Below are positions 1 through 4,190 of a stretch of DNA of 6,081 nucleotides, piece after piece. Position 1 is the stretch's first letter. Each line of letters begins with the position of its first letter. The notes beneath the pieces were generated by a model that saw nothing but the letters and a program-made list of their open reading frames with translations, searched no databases and was not told the DNA's origin. Both the position numbers and the translations under genes were made by a program. This DNA comes from a virus. The stretch is taken from IMG/VR virus record IMGVR_UViG_3300020041_000056, positions 1 to 6,081 of that record. One strand, given 5' to 3'.

Positions 1-121
1 ACCATTTACAACATGTGAAACGAAAGGTTGTTTTCCCATAAATTAAATAATTAGTTGAAGTTTATAATGGTCCTGCCAAAATTGGAGAATGTCCAAATCC
101 AACCAGATAGGGGGATCAAAA
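1..121. repeat. Left copy of the 121-nt exact terminal redundancy, the signature of a circular genome assembly. It holds a duplicate of the VP1 5' end (1..39, minus) and of the Rep 3' end (43..121, minus).
   Basis: Bases 1..121 (accatttacaacatgtgaaacgaaagg...ggggatcaaaa) match 5961..6081 base for base. The offset is 5960 nt. Confidence 0.97.
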
Positions 122-1113
122 TCAGGCATCTTCCGAGAGGAAGAAGAAAAACGTATTATTTGCTTTTGCTCCCACGTGTATGACGATCTACTGGATACGG
201 CGGAATTGAGACCGAACCGGTCAACGCACAAAGACACAATACGCTTAACCAAAGAAGACTTGCTAAAATGTGCATAAGCGTCAGCAGCGGTAATCGAACG
301 AACAACTTCGTCCTCCGGTTTAAGATATTTAAGGTAATATCGAGGAATCGAGTAGTTATAATTGATCCTCCTCTCAAAATCGAAATAAGACCACGACGAA
401 ACACAAGCAGAAGGACGAGGCATATAGCCAAGAAAATCACCAACGCCAGCAGATACGAATTTTCGCGTATAACGGCGATGCTGGAGGAGGCAAGATAAAG
501 GTGTAATTTTTCCATCTACAGTAACATATTTATCCGAGATTTCCTCGGGATTAAATTGAATCTGTTTAGTAACATACTTTACGCAATAGCGAGCGCGTTT
601 ATGGGTAGCCTTCGCGAGCCACACAAAGCCGAGATCTCGAACGGCAGAGCGAATAGTGTTATAGAGGACATTTGTGCCAAAGAGAAAGCCGTGAAAATGC
701 AATCGAGGCTCATTCCCCGTTTCAGGGTGTGTGCCAAACTCTTGAAAAAAGGCGTGCTTGAACGAATGGCCGAGTTTATGCCGCAAGCGCTCATTAAAAC
801 GGCGGATGAACCGGGAGGGGTCGAGCAAGGCTTCATTATAATATTTCGGAGCAATCGTTATAGTAATGAAAATAGCCTGCTGATTATTAGCCTTGCAACA
901 GGCAAGTTCGCGTTCAAGACGGACAAACCAGTCATTACGCTGACGACGCAAGCAGTCTTCACACTTTCCACAGGGAACCATCAGCCACTGGCGGGCAATG
1001 TCCCAGGGTCGAAGAGCTAAAGCCGACTTAGCAACATCAGAACCATTTCGGCAAGGATTCTTCTTGTCAAAATAGCGACGATTGCGTATCCATATGGGAG
1101 ACGAACAAGGCAT
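43..1113 (-). CDS. Replication initiation protein (Microviridae VP4 / phiX174 gene A-like HUH rolling-circle endonuclease)
   Basis: Residue numbers are from the 363-aa track ORF.
- Cys cluster PCGKCEDC, followed by RRQRNDWFVRL.
- Motif I IFITITI.
- HUH motif LHFHGFLF, encoded at 679..699.
- Double-tyrosine motif YCVKYVTKQ, encoded at 562..588. This is close to my recollection of the phiX174 A active-site motif (approximately YVAKYVNK).
- SAGVG after motif III.

The track start at 1134 is a TTG codon. The first ATG is residue 8 (1111..1113), giving MPCSSPIW. It overlaps the upstream ORF stop as TAATG, so I call 1113 as the start. The stop is TAA at 43..45. Confidence 0.93.
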   Translation of the reverse strand: MPCSSPIWIRNRRYFDKKNPCRNGSDVAKSALALRPWDIARQWLMVPCGKCEDCLRRQRNDWFVRLERELACCKANNQQAIFITITIAPKYYNEALLDPSRFIRRFNERLRHKLGHSFKHAFFQEFGTHPETGNEPRLHFHGFLFGTNVLYNTIRSAVRDLGFVWLAKATHKRARYCVKYVTKQIQFNPEEISDKYVTVDGKITPLSCLLQHRRYTRKFVSAGVGDFLGYMPRPSACVSSWSYFDFERRINYNYSIPRYYLKYLKPEDEVVRSITAADAYAHFSKSSLVKRIVSLCVDRFGLNSAVSSRSSYTWEQKQIIRFSSSSRKMPDFDPPIWLDLDILQFWQDHYKLQLII

Positions 1114-1313
1114 TAGAGTAAACTTCGAAGACAATCAAATTTAATGCCAGGGTGATCAAGACGACAACGAATAAGGTAATCATTCGCAGGGATCTCGTCA
1201 GCAAACCAAGCAATAACAACTCGTTTCCGACCTCTGTATGCGCCAATAGAATAGCGATAATCAATACTATTAACAACAGGGGAAAACCTGGGTCGAAAGT
1301 CAAAATAATCCAT
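1113..1313 (-). CDS. Hypothetical small protein (66 aa), apparently translationally coupled to Rep
   Basis: ATG at 1311..1313. The TAA stop at 1113..1115 shares one base with the Rep ATG, reading TAATG on the minus strand. Composition is balanced and not low-complexity (MDYFDFRPRFSPVVNSIDYRYSIGAYRGRKRVV...). I recognise no family. Confidence 0.5.
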   Translation of the reverse strand: MDYFDFRPRFSPVVNSIDYRYSIGAYRGRKRVVIAWFADEIPANDYLIRCRLDHPGIKFDCLRSLL

Positions 1314-1336
1314 AATTCAAAAAGACGACTTTGCGC

Positions 1337-1465
1337 TTCGAAAGACGGTACTTTCGAACGCGAAAACTACTACGTTTCGCCGGCCGACAGCCTTAACGGC
1401 TGGGGCGCTGCGCGCCTTCGGCCTCCATGGCTTCACTCCGTTCGGGATATACCGGCGAAGCCGGT
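1337..1465. other. Cluster of short inverted repeats (potential ssDNA stem-loops) in a GC-rich, probably non-coding region
   Basis: Hand-mapped stems:
- 1337..1344 / 1351..1358: TTCGAAAG-acggta-CTTTCGAA, 8 bp.
- 1360..1365 / 1375..1380: GCGAAA...TTTCGC, 6 bp.
- 1388..1392 / 1398..1402: CAGCC-ttaac-GGCTG.
- 1404..1408 / 1412..1416: GGCGC-tgc-GCGCC.
- 1414..1416 / 1420..1422: GCC-ttc-GGC.
- 1451..1456 / 1460..1465: ACCGGC-gaa-GCCGGT, 6 bp.

By direct count, 1381..1470 has 60 G+C in 90 nt. Confidence 0.55.
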
Positions 1466-1469
1466 GAAC

Positions 1470-1505
1470 AAAAAAGCCCACAGGAGAAGGAATATCTCCT
1501 GGGGC
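1470..1505 (-). terminator. Candidate intrinsic terminator downstream of ORF107
   Basis: The minus strand reads GCCCCAGGAGA-tattcct-TCTCCTGtGGGC followed by TTTTTT.
- Stem: 1476..1479 and 1481..1487 pair with 1495..1505, giving 11 bp with one bulged base at 1480.
- Loop: 7 nt.
- The A-run at 1470..1475 on plus is the T-tract on minus.
- It lies 46 nt after the ORF107 stop (1551). Confidence 0.55.
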
Positions 1506-1550
1506 CGAACAAATCAAAGAACTCTACCACCGAGCGGGCGGGTTACTACC

Positions 1551-1874
1551 TTAGTTCCCTTTCCCTTCTTCCTGCGACGCGCCTTCATCGGGATTCAAAT
1601 CAAAGTCAAACATAAGAACAAGTGTATTATCGAAAAACTCGACATCAAAATTTGGATACGCACTCAATGCGTCTATGAGATTTAAAACAGAACAATGCTC
1701 AATATAGGGAGAATCAGCAATACTGGAATGCTCTACGTAGGTAGAAATGGGAGTACGTTTAAGGGCATCAAGAGAGAGCGCCGAAAACTGTCCATTTTCA
1801 ATGTAGCCTACCTGGACAAGGTCAATCTTAAAGGCAGGATTAATGCGACGAATAACAACATGAATTTGTGTCAT
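1551..1874 (-). CDS. Hypothetical protein (107 aa) with an acidic C-terminus
   Basis: ATG at 1872..1874 and TAA at 1551..1553. The start sits 2 nt after the ORF109 stop (TAA-TT-ATG). It is on the same strand as all core genes and has non-repetitive composition. No family recognised. Confidence 0.6.
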   Translation of the reverse strand: MTQIHVVIRRINPAFKIDLVQVGYIENGQFSALSLDALKRTPISTYVEHSSIADSPYIEHCSVLNLIDALSAYPNFDVEFFDNTLVLMFDFDLNPDEGASQEEGKGN

Positions 1875-1876
1875 AA

Positions 1877-2206
1877 TTAAAGAGGTTGAGTTAAAAGCGG
1901 AAAAAAGTATCTACAAAAATCTTCCCAGCGCCGAGACGCATCAATCCAAAACTCACGACCTTCGGGGGTTAATTCGAAAAGAAATGCGCCAACCATAAGA
2001 AAAGAACAATCGACAGCGGGGAATGACGCATAAACGCGAACGCGATGTCGAATACAGTCGCGAGCAGACATAGTAGTGTGTCTGGACGCCACGAGATTCT
2101 TCGCGAATCTACAATAAAGGCGATTGCGAACGAGCCACTCAACGAAAATGTAATCTAAAGCATCTACTCGCAAATCGAACCGATTAAAAGATTTCTGCGG
2201 TTTCAT
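1877..2206 (-). CDS. Hypothetical basic protein (109 aa), Arg-rich
   Basis: ATG at 2204..2206 and TAA at 1877..1879. It is the first ORF after the 80-nt gap following VP2 and abuts ORF107. No family recognised. Confidence 0.6.
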   Translation of the reverse strand: MKPQKSFNRFDLRVDALDYIFVEWLVRNRLYCRFAKNLVASRHTTMSARDCIRHRVRVYASFPAVDCSFLMVGAFLFELTPEGREFWIDASRRWEDFCRYFFPLLTQPL

Positions 2207-2232
2207 GATAATGTGGTTATTGGTTTACAGTG

Positions 2233-2240
2233 CAAACATA
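2233..2240 (-). promoter_or_regulatory. Weak candidate Bacteroidota-type -7 promoter box (TAnnTTTG) upstream of ORF109
   Basis: The minus strand reads TATGTTTG, 27 nt upstream of the ORF109 ATG. The upstream TTTG elements are not at canonical spacing (26 nt, or a TTTC at about 17 nt). An adjacent direct repeat of AAAAGGT (plus strand) lies at 2259..2265 and 2268..2274. Confidence 0.2.
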
Positions 2241-2286
2241 CAAAAAAAGGAATAGATGAAAAGGTTCAAAAGGTCGAAAAAGATAT

Positions 2287-3555
2287 TCAATTTCTCCCAT
2301 GATAGATGCGGCGGGCATATGTAGCACCTTCTCTATCGCCGTTAGGCCCATAAAATTCTCTCATATCGTCGTAACCTTCGGGACCAGCAGGGCCTGCGGC
2401 CTTACGACCGACATAGGAAGCACCGGCGATGCCTGCAGCAGTCGCAAAAGATCGAATAACGTCATGAGCAAGACGAAGTCTAGAGTTACGCAAATCCCAG
2501 CGGGCATTCCCAGTCTCAAGTTGAGCAGCTTCAGCAGCGGCAGACTTCAAAATAGCTGTAGTTTCGGCAACTTTCATCATCTTCGTCTCAACAACCTCAC
2601 CCTTATCATTGCGAATCTGAACAGGAACCTCCTTCTCCCAATTGAGTTCGTACCAATTCTGTAAATCCTTGAGTTCTTGATAGTTGAGTGCAATACGAGA
2701 CTTGGATTCACCAGCGGCAAAAACGTTAGCAATAGCCGAAGACCAGGCAACAGCGAGTGAAGCGCCGGCTTGGGGTTCAAACCAATCATTCGTCAGACGA
2801 ATATTCTGATATTTCTCCTCCAAAATGCCAGCCATAGCCATAATAGAAGACATTTTGTAACCTTGAGTGATATTAGCCAAATAAGCGTCAATTGCCACAA
2901 TCTGAGCCTGCGCTTCATGAAGATTGGCGAGCTCACGGGCGTCTTTAACATTATGCTCAGCAATCTGTAATTCAAAGTTATCCATCTTCTCTCGCCACTC
3001 TCGCGTATGAGTATTACCACGAAGATTTTCTGCTTCCGCATTATCCCGGTTAGCAGCAGCAGCATTGCGGTTAACCGTAGATTGAGCGACCATATTCTGC
3101 GCAATAGAAGTGGGGTCGCCGGGAGCAAAAGCACCAGGACTAACGGGAGCGCCACCGGAAGGGCCAGAAGCGGAGGGCATGCCTGCAGAACCGCCGGACA
3201 TAGTAGCGTTCACGCCAACACCCGAGGAGCCTAAAACAGCAGCAGGGGTTACGCCAGCCTTCAAATAACGATCAAAGACCTTTGAGGGGTCATTATATGA
3301 ATTTTCATAATCAAACTGCCTCTGCCAATTAGCATAAGAAAGTTCAGACTGCCTCTGCATTTGCTCCAAAGCGTATTTCTGCTGAAGAGCCATCTGCTTC
3401 TGCTGAAAACGCCATTGGCGGCGAGCATTCATGCCGCCAAAAAGCTGGCCGAAAAAGCCATTAATCAGGCCGGTAGTGCCGGTAGAGGCGGCAGATTCTC
3501 CAAGGGCACGGCCGAAAGAGGCAACACCAGGGGCTGCAACAATAGGGGCGGGCAT
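2287..3555 (-). CDS. Minor capsid / DNA pilot protein (Microviridae VP2, functional analogue of phiX174 H)
   Basis: 422 aa.
- Gly/Ala-rich N-terminus: MPAPIVAAPGVASFG...GLINGFFGQLFGG.
- Gln-rich helical segment: RRQWRFQQKQMALQQKYALEQMQRQSE.
- The segment YNDPSKVFDRYLKAGVTPAAVLG resembles the AG(L/V)NP-type motif I associate with VP2 proteins.
- A long low-complexity G/S/A/P linker, then a predicted helical C-terminal half.
- ATG at 3553..3555 and TGA at 2287..2289. Confidence 0.85.
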   Translation of the reverse strand: MPAPIVAAPGVASFGRALGESAASTGTTGLINGFFGQLFGGMNARRQWRFQQKQMALQQKYALEQMQRQSELSYANWQRQFDYENSYNDPSKVFDRYLKAGVTPAAVLGSSGVGVNATMSGGSAGMPSASGPSGGAPVSPGAFAPGDPTSIAQNMVAQSTVNRNAAAANRDNAEAENLRGNTHTREWREKMDNFELQIAEHNVKDARELANLHEAQAQIVAIDAYLANITQGYKMSSIMAMAGILEEKYQNIRLTNDWFEPQAGASLAVAWSSAIANVFAAGESKSRIALNYQELKDLQNWYELNWEKEVPVQIRNDKGEVVETKMMKVAETTAILKSAAAEAAQLETGNARWDLRNSRLRLAHDVIRSFATAAGIAGASYVGRKAAGPAGPEGYDDMREFYGPNGDREGATYARRIYHGRN

Positions 3556-3556
3556 A

Positions 3557-3748
3557 CTACATCTGGGTTAAATTGTTAGAGCGGACAATGTAATCGACAC
3601 GCACTGTATCGATGTGAACACCGCTACGCTGCACTCGTGCTTGAGCAGAACAAGATGAAAGAAAAAAAGCGGCCAAAGCGGCAACAATAGACGAGACGAG
3701 TGTCCAAAACGCTTTCGACTTATAAAAAGGTAGTTTAGTATCAGACAT
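3557..3748 (-). CDS. Predicted small lipoprotein (63-aa precursor, about 31-aa mature lipopeptide)
   Basis: I use the internal ATG at 3746..3748, which is residue 114 of the 176-aa track ORF. The product is MSDTKLPFYKSKAFWTLVSSIVAALAAFFLSSCSAQARVQRSGVHIDTVRVDYIVRSNNLTQM.
- Positively charged n-region (KSK).
- Roughly 18-aa hydrophobic core.
- Lipobox L-S-S-C.
- The TAG stop at 3557..3559 is 1 nt from the VP2 ATG (TAG-T-ATG).

The 113 residues upstream in this frame are Arg/Leu-rich and overlap ORF98, so they look like off-frame translation. Confidence 0.6.
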   Translation of the reverse strand: MSDTKLPFYKSKAFWTLVSSIVAALAAFFLSSCSAQARVQRSGVHIDTVRVDYIVRSNNLTQM

Positions 3749-3881
3749 AGAGATAAAATTTAAAGAACGATAGAAAAATGCGCGGCCTCTCCTGCAGTCG
3801 TTACCAATAACCTTCAGCAATTCACGAACTCTTGCAAAAAGGGGTCCGCGCACGTAACATATATCGTCGAGTAAAGGATAT

Positions 3882-4178
3882 CTATTTTTCTTCAGATTTA
3901 GAGGGTTCAGAAGTAGGCTTCGACCTATCCAACTCTGAATCAATAAGTTCCTGACCAACCTCGAGACCATCGAACTTATCCATGCGGGAAAAGGAGTTCG
4001 GGTCAAAATCAATCTCGGGGTTAAATCTTTCACCCTTATCAAAGTCAGCCGATGATGCCTCAACATCTGGACGGCCAGGAAGAACATCTACCGAACCACT
4101 GCCATCGAGAACGGAAAGGATACGCTGTCCGCGGGAAACATAAGCAGGAGCATCCTCGAGTAACCAATCAAGTGCCAT
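3882..4178 (-). CDS. Hypothetical acidic protein (98 aa), possibly an internal scaffolding protein (VP3/B-like). The function is a guess.
   Basis: ATG at 4176..4178, 12 nt after the VP1 stop. The protein is strongly acidic and looks likely to be disordered (EDAP..., DVEASSADFDKGERFNPEIDFDPNSF..., ELIDSELDRSKPTSEPSKSEEK). Its position next to the capsid gene fits a scaffold role. I recognise no sequence motif. Confidence 0.55.
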   Translation of the reverse strand: MALDWLLEDAPAYVSRGQRILSVLDGSGSVDVLPGRPDVEASSADFDKGERFNPEIDFDPNSFSRMDKFDGLEVGQELIDSELDRSKPTSEPSKSEEK

Positions 4179-4190
4179 AAAATCAATGTA

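Noticed and set aside
1-121. The terminal direct repeat as a biological LTR-like or packaging repeat.
   Set aside because: Microviridae genomes are covalently closed circles. An exact end overlap that cuts through two ORFs (VP1 and Rep) is the expected artefact of assembling a circular molecule.
556-1020. 154-aa plus-strand ORF, and other plus-strand ORFs at 89..277, 268..498, 2299..2664, 2770..2970, 3007..3234, 3361..3579, 4755..4979, 5603..5809 and 5784..5978.
   Set aside because: All lie entirely antisense to well-supported minus-strand genes (Rep, VP2, VP1) and have no recognisable motifs.
1067-1303. 78-aa very hydrophobic minus-strand ORF (two putative TM helices) overlapping ORF66 and the Rep start. 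It is tempting as a phiX174 E-like overprinted lysis gene.
   Set aside because: Its start codon is TTG (1301..1303), and the first ATG is at residue 41. The Leu/Ile/Val richness is what an off-frame reading of this region would give. I see no independent support such as a coupling signal. It is only worth revisiting if conserved in relatives.
1337-1380. A tRNA-like element suggested by TTCGAA motifs (T-loop-like GTTCGAA) in the hairpin cluster.
   Set aside because: No cloverleaf can be drawn: there is no acceptor stem, no anticodon arm and no D-arm. The motifs are simply the arms of two adjacent simple hairpins.
1152-1685. 177-aa plus-strand ORF spanning the GC-rich island.
   Set aside because: It has a GTG start and lies antisense to an otherwise strictly unidirectional genome; microviruses transcribe one strand. 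Its length is probably explained by the paucity of stops in GC-rich DNA, and its composition is low-complexity and basic.
2793-3155. Alternative-frame minus-strand ORFs inside VP2 (2793..3155 and 2577..2789), inside VP1 (5294..5608 and 5744..5965) and inside Rep (156..515 and 579..854).
   Set aside because: They show the Leu/Arg/Ile-rich composition typical of out-of-frame translation of a real gene. Overprinting cannot be excluded in a microvirus, but nothing in the sequence supports it.
3843-3875. Possible dif-like Xer recombination site. GC-rich GGTCCGCGCAC lies next to the AT-rich ACATATAT, and the minus strand reads ATATGTTACGT, an 8/11 match to the E. coli XerD arm TTATGTTAAAT. This is relevant because some integrase-less microviruses are reported to lysogenise via host XerCD.
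   Set aside because: Only one arm matches partially. No acceptable XerC arm sits at the required 6-nt spacing, and the host dif sequence is unknown. The evidence is too weak to call.
3557-4087. Full-length 176-aa version of the ORF that contains the lipoprotein.
   Set aside because: The N-terminal 113 residues are Arg/Leu-rich with off-frame character. They overlap the better-looking acidic ORF98 (3882..4178) in another frame. The signal peptide only makes sense at an N-terminus, so the internal ATG at 3748 is preferred.
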